NCBI RefSeq assembly: GCF_003947435.1
Contig: NZ_RCOS01000173.1
Coordinates: 1 to 28,805 of the forward strand
Direction: 5' to 3'
DNA from: Candidatus Methanodesulfokora washburnensis
GTDB lineage: Archaea; Korarchaeota; Korarchaeia; Korarchaeales; Korarchaeaceae
Length of the DNA: 28,805 nt
Below the pieces are notes generated by a model. The model made no database searches. It worked only from the letters and a program-made list of their open reading frames with translations, and was not told the origin of the DNA. The translations under genes were made by a program, and so were the position numbers. This document shows positions 16,141 to 24,901 of this stretch, in pieces. The first letter of the stretch is position 1, and the number at the start of each line of letters is the position of its first letter.

Positions 16141-17367
16141 TTATCCGGTCACCCCATACCTAGCCCTTATCTGCTTTATCTCATCAGGGGAGTTAGCCGT
16201 TGGAATCACTATCTCCCCCTTCTTTATCTTCTCCTCCAGTGTCTTGAGCTGATCCCAAACTGATTGGGGTATCTGAGATCTCATCTGCTTGTACTTTGCT
16301 ATTATGTTCTCCGGCGTGTCAGGAAGCTTTGCTCCAAGCATTTTCGCCACCTCTATAAACGCTATTAGGTCATTTTCGTCGCTCATCTTCACTCCTCCCT
16401 CCTTTAAGCCAAGAGGCATGACACCACCGGTGAAATTGCCGTATACTACATCCCTTATTGCGTAGTAAACTCCGTTGTCAACTCTCTTCATCATGCTGGC
16501 TATTACAAAGCCGGGATGTATCCAATCCTGGTCTGCGTCAACTCCTATTCCAAATGGCGGTCCCATTGTGAGGCCATGAGCTGCCCCATAATCAGCCACA
16601 GCATCCAGCATTCCCTTTCCAGTAAGGCCTGCAACATTGTAAAGAACATCAGCTCCCTGCGTGAGCATGCCCTCAGCTACCTGTTTTCCTAATGCCGCAT
16701 CTGTGAAGGAACCGGTGTACTTGTAGATAATTTGTACCTTCTTTCCTGTTATGTTTTCAGCATAGTTGACTCCCCAGTAGAACCCTGCCTCGAAGTGATA
16801 TAGAACAGGGATCTCTATCCCTAGGACAACGCCAACCTTATTTGTCTTTGTTGCAAATCCAGCTAGAGCTCCGACAAGCGCTGATCCCTCATTCTCCTTG
16901 AAAATTATTCCTCTGACATTGGGGGCATTCACCACAGAGTCTATTATAGCATATTTTTGGTTTGGAAACTCATGAGCAGTCTGATTTAGCGCATCCGTCA
17001 TCAGAAATCCAACGCAGATTATCAAGTCATACTCCTTTGATTGAGATAGCGACCTGAGGTTCGGCAGGTAGTCAGCGGAGGTCCTAGATTGTACGTATGT
17101 AACCTCAACTCCGAAGTCCTTCTTTGCTCTCTCAGCTCCCATCCATGCCATATCATTGAAGCTCAGGTCTCCTCTTCCTCCGATGTCAAATATAACAGCA
17201 ACTTTCACTTTCTTCTGAGGGGCAGCTGGTTGAGTTGGCTGGGTTGGTGTTGGTTGAGTTGATGTTGTTGGTTGAGCAGGTCTCATGAGAACTGCGGCAG
17301 CTGCCACAACAACTAGGATCAGGATGACCAAGGCCACCAAAACAGTCTTCGAAACTCCGGCTCTCAT
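16141..17367 (-). CDS. BMP-family (PnrA-like) substrate-binding protein with an N-terminal anchor and a Thr/Pro/Gln linker
   Basis: KVAVIFDIGGRGDLSFNDMAW...DLIICVGFLM...AIIDSVV is the BMP/Med family pattern. The N-terminal TM helix is followed by PAQPTTSTQPTPTQPTQPAAPQ. Confidence 0.8.
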   Translation of the reverse strand: MRAGVSKTVLVALVILILVVVAAAAVLMRPAQPTTSTQPTPTQPTQPAAPQKKVKVAVIFDIGGRGDLSFNDMAWMGAERAKKDFGVEVTYVQSRTSADYLPNLRSLSQSKEYDLIICVGFLMTDALNQTAHEFPNQKYAIIDSVVNAPNVRGIIFKENEGSALVGALAGFATKTNKVGVVLGIEIPVLYHFEAGFYWGVNYAENITGKKVQIIYKYTGSFTDAALGKQVAEGMLTQGADVLYNVAGLTGKGMLDAVADYGAAHGLTMGPPFGIGVDADQDWIHPGFVIASMMKRVDNGVYYAIRDVVYGNFTGGVMPLGLKEGGVKMSDENDLIAFIEVAKMLGAKLPDTPENIIAKYKQMRSQIPQSVWDQLKTLEEKIKKGEIVIPTANSPDEIKQIRARYGVTG

Positions 17368-17449
17368 TCATAACACCCTTTTTTGGGTGTGAGGTATAGA
17401 AGACTAAAAATAATAAAGTTTTCTGCAAGGTAGAAAAATCCTCCGGCCA

Positions 17450-18898
17450 TTAGCTAATGAAAAATCTCTTAACTATCTCCTCCAGAGGAAGGATCATCAC
17501 ATCCAAACCCCTCAGATCCCTCAAATATTTCGCTGCTTTAGCCGAATTTGTGACAACCCTTCTAAATCCAATTTTTTCCAGCGGGGAGACGACCATGCAT
17601 GTATCAGCATACACCTCTATCCCTGCTTTCTCCAGCATTTTAACTGTGCCCTGGCATTGAGCTAGGACAGATCTGGATGTAAAAGCCCAGAATTTTATTT
17701 TCGTTCTCTTGCCATTGGAGAGCTCAGCTAGATACATTAGCTCTTTCATGGAGAGATGGGGACATCCAACTGCTATTAAATCAGGATCCCCGTTATAGGA
17801 GCTGAGCTCCTCTCTAGCCTCTATTATATCTGATCCCTCCACTTTCAGCTTTTCATTTCCGCTTACACTAAAAATATGCGCTTCAGGGGTAAATCCTTCG
17901 ATATGAAAGAGCTCTATTCCACCAGATGCCGCAGCAGCAGCTCCAAAGGCCTTAAGCTCCTCATATGAGGGATGAACTCCTTCAACAAATGGGACAGCTG
18001 AGGGATATTCCCTTCCAATAATGTATCCAGCCAAGCTGAACTCTGTGAAACCCTTCAGGCCTGCCATGTCAACTTTCAGATTTGGGATCCTTTCCTCATC
18101 CAGATGCTTACCGTACAGAGGTGTATAACCAACAGTAGCAGCCACAATTCCCTTTATACTTCCTTCTCTGTTTGTTCTTGCCCCGATAACGCTGTTTACA
18201 AAGGAGACAGCACTTGACTCACCCCAGCAGATATGCTCGCCGAATGTGGGAAGATTTCCAGCCAGATATGGTGTGCATGTAAACGTGGGAACAGCACCCA
18301 TCTTAAGGAGAAGCCTCACTATCCTGAGCTGCTTCTCAGCAAAATCCTCCGGAATACCCATCTTCCTCCATCTCTTTAGGTCCATGCCAGCGGGATTTGT
18401 GGTTGCCAATACCCTGAATCTAGCGTCTTTCGATACTTTCTTCAGGAAATCTAGGCCCTCTTCTCCTATTGTGGCATATGATATGCCGGAAAGGTGTACT
18501 GAGTTTATCCTAACAAATCCTCTGGCTGATGAGAAGGATGCCTCCTTCTCCAGATACCTGACGAAGTTCTCAGGCACCCCCTCTACTTTCAGCTCCTCCA
18601 CAGGCCCTTCATGCTCCATCTCAACTGGTATTCCCGCCAGCACAGCTGCCATCGTTATGCTATCAGGCTTCTCAAGTATTATCTTTCTCGGTGCAGCCTT
18701 ATTTCTCACAAGCTTGAAGAAAGTGTAGGCACCAACAGTCGACCCTATGGAATGCGGTATTTTTATTGCCCTTCCTGCTATGGAAGTTCCTCTCTGTGGA
18801 TGATCCCTCTGGACTATCTCCCCTGTCCTCACATCAACTCCATCGAGCCAAGATATGGGCTTCCCCAGCACAAGTATCTCCAACAACCCACCTCTCAT
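17450..18898 (-). CDS. Aconitase X family protein with the small (DUF126 swivel) domain fused N-terminal to the large (DUF521) domain; possible phosphomevalonate dehydratase
   Basis: The N-terminal part (KPISWLDGVDVRTGEIV...GTSIAGRAIKIPHSIGSTVGAYTFFKL..NKAAPRKII...GIPV) follows the DUF126 pattern. The remainder (SVHLSGISY...ATTNPAG...CTPYLAGNLPTFGEHICWGESSAVSFVNSVIGARTNREG...GCPHLS) follows the DUF521 pattern. I prefer the ATG at 18898. The track start at 19015 would overlap the divergent SIS gene. Confidence 0.7.
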   Translation of the reverse strand: MRGGLLEILVLGKPISWLDGVDVRTGEIVQRDHPQRGTSIAGRAIKIPHSIGSTVGAYTFFKLVRNKAAPRKIILEKPDSITMAAVLAGIPVEMEHEGPVEELKVEGVPENFVRYLEKEASFSSARGFVRINSVHLSGISYATIGEEGLDFLKKVSKDARFRVLATTNPAGMDLKRWRKMGIPEDFAEKQLRIVRLLLKMGAVPTFTCTPYLAGNLPTFGEHICWGESSAVSFVNSVIGARTNREGSIKGIVAATVGYTPLYGKHLDEERIPNLKVDMAGLKGFTEFSLAGYIIGREYPSAVPFVEGVHPSYEELKAFGAAAAASGGIELFHIEGFTPEAHIFSVSGNEKLKVEGSDIIEAREELSSYNGDPDLIAVGCPHLSMKELMYLAELSNGKRTKIKFWAFTSRSVLAQCQGTVKMLEKAGIEVYADTCMVVSPLEKIGFRRVVTNSAKAAKYLRDLRGLDVMILPLEEIVKRFFIS

Positions 18899-18942
18899 CA
18901 GGGGAACAGCAGGATTTAAAGCATGCACCAAGCAAGAGGTGG

Positions 18943-19941
18943 ATGATGAGGGGCGAGAGGACAAGGAGGGAGATACTGGAACAACCAGATGCCTTCGCCA
19001 AAACCCTGAGTTCAACAGAGGAAGAGGTAAAAAGAGCAGCAGATGCGATAAAAGGCAGATTTATCTATGCTACTGGAAGCGGGACAAGCTTTCATGCTGC
19101 TCTTGTCCTTCAGAGAGCTATGTCAAAGATAGCATCGGAGAGAGTGATAAGCATAGCTGCATCTGAGATTCCGTACTGGCTTCCCGATGATCTAAAGGAA
19201 ACTGTCTTGCTTGCATTCTCCCAGAGCGGGGAGAGCAAGGACGTGTTGATTGCAGTGGATTTTTACAGGAGACATGGAGGAGAGGTTGTGGTATCCGTGA
19301 CAAACACAGAGGGGAGCACGTTGGATAGATTATCTGATATAACAATAATAACAAGAGCAGGAAAAGAGGAGAGCATAGCAGCGACAAAGACCTACACATC
19401 TCAACTGGCAGCCTCCTTCCTCCTATCAATTTGTACAGCTGAGAGGAAGAGGTGCTGCCTGGATGATCTCAGAGAAGAGCTTAGAAAGATTCCTGAGGCC
19501 ATGAGAAACACTATAGAAATGTGCCAGAAAAGAGTAGTTGAGGTAGCAGAGGAAATAAAGGACAGGGACATAGGGTTCATCTTGGGATCAGGTTCAAACT
19601 ATCCCACCGCCCTTGAGGGAGCTCTTAAGCTAAGAGAAACATCAAATCTGCATTATGAGGGGTTTGCAGCCAGAGAATTTCTGCATGGACCAATTCAACT
19701 CGTTTCGAGACATACTCCAGTGATAATAATATCCAATGGCCTTCAGGAGGTGATAGATAGGGTTAAGGTATACGAGGCACCTGTTATAGAGATAGGAGGG
19801 GATGTGCCCGTGATCAAGGTGAGAGATGAGTTCTCCCCTGCTGTGAACATAATTCCACTCCAGCTTCTTGCTTATAACACATCCCTCCTGAGGGGTTTAG
19901 ATCCAGATAGCCCCGAAAAACTCAGCAAGGTGGTTAGATGA
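18943..19941 (+). CDS. Double-SIS-domain sugar-phosphate isomerase/deaminase resembling the GlmS isomerase domain
   Basis: REILEQPDAF...ATGSGTSFHAALV...FSQSGESKD...ILGSGSNYPTALEGALKLRE...EFLHGP, ending in LSKVVR. There is no glutaminase domain. ATG 18943 is preceded by GAGGTGG, and a TTTAAA box (18915-20) lies about 25 nt upstream. Confidence 0.7.
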   Translation: MMRGERTRREILEQPDAFAKTLSSTEEEVKRAADAIKGRFIYATGSGTSFHAALVLQRAMSKIASERVISIAASEIPYWLPDDLKETVLLAFSQSGESKDVLIAVDFYRRHGGEVVVSVTNTEGSTLDRLSDITIITRAGKEESIAATKTYTSQLAASFLLSICTAERKRCCLDDLREELRKIPEAMRNTIEMCQKRVVEVAEEIKDRDIGFILGSGSNYPTALEGALKLRETSNLHYEGFAAREFLHGPIQLVSRHTPVIIISNGLQEVIDRVKVYEAPVIEIGGDVPVIKVRDEFSPAVNIIPLQLLAYNTSLLRGLDPDSPEKLSKVVR

Positions 19942-20588
19942 GGGATACTGTTGTTTTTGATCTGGATGATGTTCTCTTTGATGCGACCTTTCTCAAGAGA
20001 GTGGCCAGAGAGAGGGCCGTTCTATCCATGATAGATGCAGGCCTTCCAGTTGATTTTGAGACCGCAATAAAGGCCCTATTCTCTGTTATTGAGGAGACGG
20101 GAGAGGACTACGGAAAGCACTTCGATGAGATGCTGGAGAAACTTGGAATCAAATGGGATCCCAGAATAATAGCAGCTGGAGTAGTTGCATATCACAACAC
20201 AAAGTTCTCCCTACTTGAGCCAAATCCCGGTATATTCAAGGTGATACTATCCCTCAGAGATGAAGGATTCAGGGTAGGTGTTGCATCCATCGGACCTGCT
20301 GTCAAGGACTGGGAGAAGCTGATAAGACTGAACCTTCATCATATATTTCACATATATAAAGTAGGGCTCAGCTCGTGGTCTGAGCTGTTCCAAGAGCTGG
20401 ATCCCTCAACCACAATACTGGTGAGCGCTAATCCAAGTGGAATAGCAGAGGCATCAAGAGCTGGAGCTAGAACTGTAAGATTGCTGAGAGGAAGATTTTC
20501 CCACATAAGATCGAAAGAAGCTGACAGGGAGGTGAAGGACATTTGGGGAATCCTGAGTGCTGTAAAAAGCCTTTCAGAAGGGTTATAG
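19938..20588 (+). CDS. HAD-superfamily hydrolase
   Basis: VVFDLDDVLFDAT is HAD motif I (DxDxV/T). There is an ATGA overlap with the SIS gene stop. Confidence 0.65.
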   Translation: MRDTVVFDLDDVLFDATFLKRVARERAVLSMIDAGLPVDFETAIKALFSVIEETGEDYGKHFDEMLEKLGIKWDPRIIAAGVVAYHNTKFSLLEPNPGIFKVILSLRDEGFRVGVASIGPAVKDWEKLIRLNLHHIFHIYKVGLSSWSELFQELDPSTTILVSANPSGIAEASRAGARTVRLLRGRFSHIRSKEADREVKDIWGILSAVKSLSEGL

Positions 20589-21007
20589 TTGGAGGTACTT
20601 TTGACAGGCTTCATGCAGGACACAAGAAGCTTTTAAGAGTGGCGGCCATGCTAGGGGATGAGCTCTTAGTTGGGATAACAGATGGGGATATGCTTAAGGA
20701 GAAGGAGGAATGGGAGAAAATAGAACCTTTTTCCACAAGAAAGGAGAATGTGGAGAATTTTCTAGCATCAATAGGGGCTAAATTTGAGATATGTAGGATA
20801 ACTGATCCTATAGGACCTGCTGCTCACGTAGATGCCGACGCAATAGTGGTATCTGAGGAGACTTACAATGGTGCTATTGCTGTCAATAACGCTAGGCTAC
20901 TTAGTGGAAAAAATAAACTCACAATAGTGGTTATACCTATGGTTCTTTCCGAAAATGGCACTCCAATAAGATCATCCAAGCTGAGGAGGGAGAGGATAAA
21001 CTGTTAA
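20543..21007 (+). CDS. coaD: Archaeal-type phosphopantetheine adenylyltransferase (cytidylyltransferase fold)
   Basis: VGGTFDRLHAGHKKLL (the (H/T)xGH motif), followed by ITDPIGPA and DAIVVSEET. The only in-frame start upstream of the motif is TTG at 20543, which lies 46 nt inside the HAD gene. Confidence 0.7.
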   Translation: MGNPECCKKPFRRVIVGGTFDRLHAGHKKLLRVAAMLGDELLVGITDGDMLKEKEEWEKIEPFSTRKENVENFLASIGAKFEICRITDPIGPAAHVDADAIVVSEETYNGAIAVNNARLLSGKNKLTIVVIPMVLSENGTPIRSSKLRRERINC

Positions 21008-21068
21008 AAAATAAAACCAAAATTCTCCTAATGGAAATGCTTATCAATAAGAGAGGCTTAGGATCCAA

Positions 21069-22205
21069 GTGAGCTATATGAGCGGCAAAGGTGAGAGAAA
21101 GCTTGTCATAGGGTATGATGCCCTCACGGATGCCGCTATAATGGCTGGATGCAGGTTTTTTGCCGGTTATCCGATAACTCCAGCCACGGAGATAGCCGAA
21201 GAAATGGCGAGAAAGCTCCCAAAAGTGGGAGGAATTTTCATACAGATGGAGGATGAAATGGCATCCCTTATGGCCGCAATAGGGGCATCTTTATCAGGTT
21301 TAAAAGCGATGACAGCAACAAGCGGTCCTGGATTCTCCTTAATGCAGGAGGCAATAGGATTTGCTGCCATAACAGAGACACCAGTTGTGATAGTGGATGC
21401 TCAGAGAGTTGGCCCATCCACGGGAATGGTCACAATGCCTGCTCAAGGAGATGTTATTCAAGCTAGGTTTGGGAGCCATGGAGATTACTCCATAATAGCA
21501 ATAGCTCCATCAAGTGTTCAGGACATATTTGAGCACACTGTGATGGCATTTAATTACTCTGAGCTTTACAGAACCCCTGTTATATTGCTTTTAGATGAGA
21601 TCCTAGTTCACTTGAGAGAGCCGGCAGTTATTCCTGATAAAATGGAGGTTGTGGAGAGGATGAAGCCATCAGTTCCACCTGAGGAGTTCATACCTTATGG
21701 AGGAGAGATCCAGAGAGAGATGCCGTCCGTGGGGGATGGCTACAACCTGCTTATAGAGAGCGTCCTTCATGATGAGATCGGGAGAAGGATAGGAACAGAT
21801 AGCATAAAGGGAAGCAGGATGATAAAAAGGCTCTGGAACAAGATAGAGGGAAATGTGGAGAAAATTGCAAAAGAGGAGTTCTTCATGATGGACGATGCAG
21901 ATATAGCTATCGTGGCCTATGGAAGTCCGTTTAGATCTGCTATAAAAGCTGCTAAGATTGCAAGAAGCATGGGGATAAGAGTTGGGGTGGTGAAGCTGAT
22001 AACTCTATGGCCCTTCCACGATAGCATGATAAGGAGAGTATCAGAACAGGTGAAAGCATTTGTAGTGCCCGAGATGAACATGGGGAAGATGGCAAGAGAA
22101 GTAAAAAGAGCAGCTGGAGAAAAAAGAGTGATCAGCGTTCCAAAGCTTGGAGGGAGTCTTCACACACCTGAGGATATATTATCAGCTGTAAAGGAGGTGG
22201 CATGA
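21069..22205 (+). CDS. 2-oxoacid:ferredoxin oxidoreductase alpha subunit (possibly 2-oxoglutarate-specific given the TCA neighbours)
   Basis: FFAGYPITPATEIAEEMA and TSGPGFSLMQE. The start is GTG 21069 or ATG 21078. Confidence 0.8.
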   Translation: MSYMSGKGERKLVIGYDALTDAAIMAGCRFFAGYPITPATEIAEEMARKLPKVGGIFIQMEDEMASLMAAIGASLSGLKAMTATSGPGFSLMQEAIGFAAITETPVVIVDAQRVGPSTGMVTMPAQGDVIQARFGSHGDYSIIAIAPSSVQDIFEHTVMAFNYSELYRTPVILLLDEILVHLREPAVIPDKMEVVERMKPSVPPEEFIPYGGEIQREMPSVGDGYNLLIESVLHDEIGRRIGTDSIKGSRMIKRLWNKIEGNVEKIAKEEFFMMDDADIAIVAYGSPFRSAIKAAKIARSMGIRVGVVKLITLWPFHDSMIRRVSEQVKAFVVPEMNMGKMAREVKRAAGEKRVISVPKLGGSLHTPEDILSAVKEVA

Positions 22206-23050
22206 TGAGAAGGCTGGACTTTGCCCATTATCTGGCGAAGAAGTACATGAGAACTGAGATGCTGCCTCATGCTTTTTGCCCGGGATGCGGCATAGGGATA
22301 ATACAGAGAGCTGTCTTAATGGCCTTTGAGGAGCTTGGGGAAGAGGAATGGAATAGAACTGTGTTTGTCAGCGGGATTGGATGCTCAGGATGGACGCCAA
22401 CTTACTTCAGAAGGGATGCGATTCACGCCCTGCATGGAAGAGCCCTTCCTCTAGCAACAGGGATAAAGCTGGCCAGACCGGATCTAAACGTTGTTGTTTT
22501 TATGGGGGATGGCGACAGCATGGCCATAGGAGGAAATCATCTTATACATGCAGCGAGAAGAAACATAGGAATAACCTCCATAGTTGTGAATAATATGATA
22601 TACTCTTTAACAGGTGGGCAGCTGGCTCCGACAACTCCCATGTACTCTTACACAAACACAAGCCCATATGGAAACATAGAGCCGAACTTCGACTTGATCG
22701 AGCTCATGAAGGCATCAGGAGCAACTTATTTAGCAAGATGGACCACATGGCACTTCATTCAACTTAAAAACAGCGTAAAAAAAGCCATAAAGCACAAGGG
22801 ATTTTCTGTCATAGAGGTGATATCTCAATGCCCCACTTATACAGGCAGATATATACTCAGAAAGCCCGATCCAAGGGATTATATGCAGTGGATGAAGGAT
22901 AATTCAGTCCTGTTTGATGTTGCAAAGGAAATGGACAAGAAAGAATTAGAGGGGAAGATAGTGGTGGGTGAGTTCTTGGATAGAGATGATAGACCTGAGT
23001 TTTCAGAGCTCTACTGGAGCTTAATTAAAAAGAAGGAGGTGGAAGCTTGA
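22202..23050 (+). CDS. 2-oxoacid:ferredoxin oxidoreductase beta subunit (TPP-binding)
   Basis: FCPGCGIG and the GDGDSMAIGGNH TPP motif. It overlaps the alpha gene by 4 nt. Confidence 0.85.
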   Translation: MMRRLDFAHYLAKKYMRTEMLPHAFCPGCGIGIIQRAVLMAFEELGEEEWNRTVFVSGIGCSGWTPTYFRRDAIHALHGRALPLATGIKLARPDLNVVVFMGDGDSMAIGGNHLIHAARRNIGITSIVVNNMIYSLTGGQLAPTTPMYSYTNTSPYGNIEPNFDLIELMKASGATYLARWTTWHFIQLKNSVKKAIKHKGFSVIEVISQCPTYTGRYILRKPDPRDYMQWMKDNSVLFDVAKEMDKKELEGKIVVGEFLDRDDRPEFSELYWSLIKKKEVEA

Positions 23051-23349
23051 AGGTGATTGAGATAAGGATAAGCCAAGATCTCTGCAAGGGATGCTTTCTC
23101 TGTGTTTGGGCATGCCCATACAAGGTGATTGATGTTGGAAAAGAGAGAAACTATAGGGGAGTGAACGTTCCAATCGTGGCAAAACTGGAGGAGTGCAGAG
23201 CATGCAGATTGTGTGAATACAGATGTCCCGACTTCGCAATACAGATCATAACTGATAAGGATGTAGAGCTTCTGAGAGAGGCAGAGCAGATAGAGCTTAG
23301 ATGGCAGAGAAGAGTTGAGCTTGCTGAGGAGATGGAGGTGTCGGAATGA
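23047..23349 (+). CDS. 2-oxoacid:ferredoxin oxidoreductase delta subunit (2x[4Fe-4S] ferredoxin-like)
   Basis: CKGCFLCVWACP and CRACRLCEYRCP. It has 4-nt overlaps on both sides and an acidic/helical C-terminal tail of about 30 aa. Confidence 0.8.
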   Translation: MKVIEIRISQDLCKGCFLCVWACPYKVIDVGKERNYRGVNVPIVAKLEECRACRLCEYRCPDFAIQIITDKDVELLREAEQIELRWQRRVELAEEMEVSE

Positions 23350-23897
23350 GAACTGAGATAATGATATCTGGATCAGGAGGCCAGGGTGTTGTGCTTTCCG
23401 GAGCTGTGCTATCCCAAGCATTTATGCTTGGAGGTTATGAGGTTGCGTCCACATATACCTATGGACCTGAAGCCAGACTTGGATCAAGCAGGAGCGAGGT
23501 TGTGGTCTCGGATGAGCCCATAGATTATCCCAAGGTTTCAAAGCCTGATTACTGGATGGCCATGAATCAGGCATCTCTCAACACGTTTTCTAAAAGGTTT
23601 GATATATCTAAAACAATATTACTTGTTGATATATCTAATATAAAATTCATGGATGCTGTTAAGGGAAGGGTGAAGAGAATATTTGAGATCCCGGCAACGG
23701 ATATAGCTGAGAGCATAGGCTCCAGAATAGCTGCAAACATGGTGATGCTCGGGGCATTTGTGGGAATATCTGGATTGATAAAGCTGGATGATCTCATAAA
23801 TGGAATGAAGGAGATAGTTAGAAAGGAGTTCATTGAGGTGAATATAAAAGCTGCAGAAAAGGGCTATGAAGAGGCTAAAGTCAAGTTCTCAAAGTAG
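23346..23897 (+). CDS. 2-oxoacid:ferredoxin oxidoreductase gamma subunit
   Basis: ISGSGGQGVVLSG...YGPEARLG is typical of the gamma subunit. Confidence 0.8.
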   Translation: MRTEIMISGSGGQGVVLSGAVLSQAFMLGGYEVASTYTYGPEARLGSSRSEVVVSDEPIDYPKVSKPDYWMAMNQASLNTFSKRFDISKTILLVDISNIKFMDAVKGRVKRIFEIPATDIAESIGSRIAANMVMLGAFVGISGLIKLDDLINGMKEIVRKEFIEVNIKAAEKGYEEAKVKFSK

Positions 23898-23957
23898 CTC
23901 AAAAATATTTCCAAAGTTAGGAATAAATGGTTATCAGCTCTCTTAGTGAGAGCTAGT

Positions 23958-24015
23958 GGCGATGATGAAGATTCGGCAAGGGGGCTCTATGCCCTGAAGA
24001 GAGTCTTCTGAGCCC
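23958..24015 (+). ncRNA. Candidate C/D-box sRNA (weak internal boxes)
   Basis: ATGATGA (C box, 23962-23968), CTGA at 23994-23997 and CTGA at 24008-24011 (D box). Flanking GGC (23958-60) and GCC (24012-14) could form the terminal stem. The candidate lies in a convergent intergenic spacer, with an AATAAAT box about 35 nt upstream and a T-rich tract downstream. Confidence 0.3.
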
Positions 24016-24037
24016 ATTATGATTTTAAAATTTTTAT

Positions 24038-24853
24038 TCAAATAAGAGTGACTTTTATGATATCTTTTTCTGTGAGAAGAGCAGCAGCCGGAGTTCCTCC
24101 GTAGAACCTACAGCTGAATACGGATATGAGCTTCCCCGAGAACATCCTCCTGAACCCCTCCGGGAAGAACTCATGAGATCTCAGCAATACATCGGCATTG
24201 TTCTTTTTGAGGAAGTCTTCCAGCGCATCTTCTCCAAATAGGTATATTCCTTCTCCTCTTGGACTAGAGCTAAAGCCGGATATGAGCTCTGATGGATCAT
24301 TCCACAGTATCTGAAAGAATGGACTTTCAGGAGAAAGATTGACTCTCATTTCCTTTAAGGAGCTCAGATCATCCAATCCCTTCGGTATGCCCCCGTGCAT
24401 CATCAGGATCCTTCCCATTCTTGCAATGAAGGGGAGTTTGGAGAACACCTCCTGAAATAGATCGAAGAGACCTCTGTATCTGAGCATAACCTCCATGTAG
24501 AACCCATAAAAGAGGTTCATCTCCTCTGTTTCATGATTCCCCCTGAGCAGCACTATTCTATCGGGATATTTCAGTTTATATGCCAAAAGATAAGCTATAT
24601 TCTCTATCTGATATTCCCCTCTGTCCACATAATCCCCCAAGAAGATGAAAATATCCACAGGATTTCTCAATGCATTAATCGAGGATTCTATATCCCCATG
24701 AGTATCCCCAACAACAAGGGCTTTTTTCGGCTCTAAATCAACAATAACAGGTTCTTTTGAGAGAACTTCGATAGCTCTCTCCAGAAGCTCCCTCATATTG
24801 TTCTCTGGGATTATTCTGAATGGATTTTCAAGCACCATATCCTCAACTTCCAT
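24038..24853 (-). CDS. PPP-family serine/threonine protein phosphatase (metallophosphoesterase)
   Basis: The GDTHGD, GDYVDRG and GNHE motifs occur in the canonical order. Confidence 0.85.
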   Translation of the reverse strand: MEVEDMVLENPFRIIPENNMRELLERAIEVLSKEPVIVDLEPKKALVVGDTHGDIESSINALRNPVDIFIFLGDYVDRGEYQIENIAYLLAYKLKYPDRIVLLRGNHETEEMNLFYGFYMEVMLRYRGLFDLFQEVFSKLPFIARMGRILMMHGGIPKGLDDLSSLKEMRVNLSPESPFFQILWNDPSELISGFSSSPRGEGIYLFGEDALEDFLKKNNADVLLRSHEFFPEGFRRMFSGKLISVFSCRFYGGTPAAALLTEKDIIKVTLI

Positions 24854-24901
24854 AAGCAGTTGAACAGCTCACAGTTTTAAGGCTGGCATGTTGCTAGATC
24901 T

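Noticed and set aside
17215-17285. Short tandem-like GGTTGAGTT/GGTGTTGG repeats
   Set aside because: They encode the Thr/Pro/Gln-rich linker (PAQPTTSTQPTPTQPTQPAAPQ) of the substrate-binding protein. This is a low-complexity coding region, not a CRISPR array or satellite.
18766-19015. Mutually overlapping N-terminal extensions of the AcnX ORF (to 19015) and the SIS ORF (from 18766)
   Set aside because: The extensions are Ser/Pro-rich antisense translations of the neighbouring gene. Family-typical N-termini begin at 18898 (MRGGLLEILVLGKPISW) and 18943 (MMRGERTRREILEQPDAF). A TTTAAA box lies between them.
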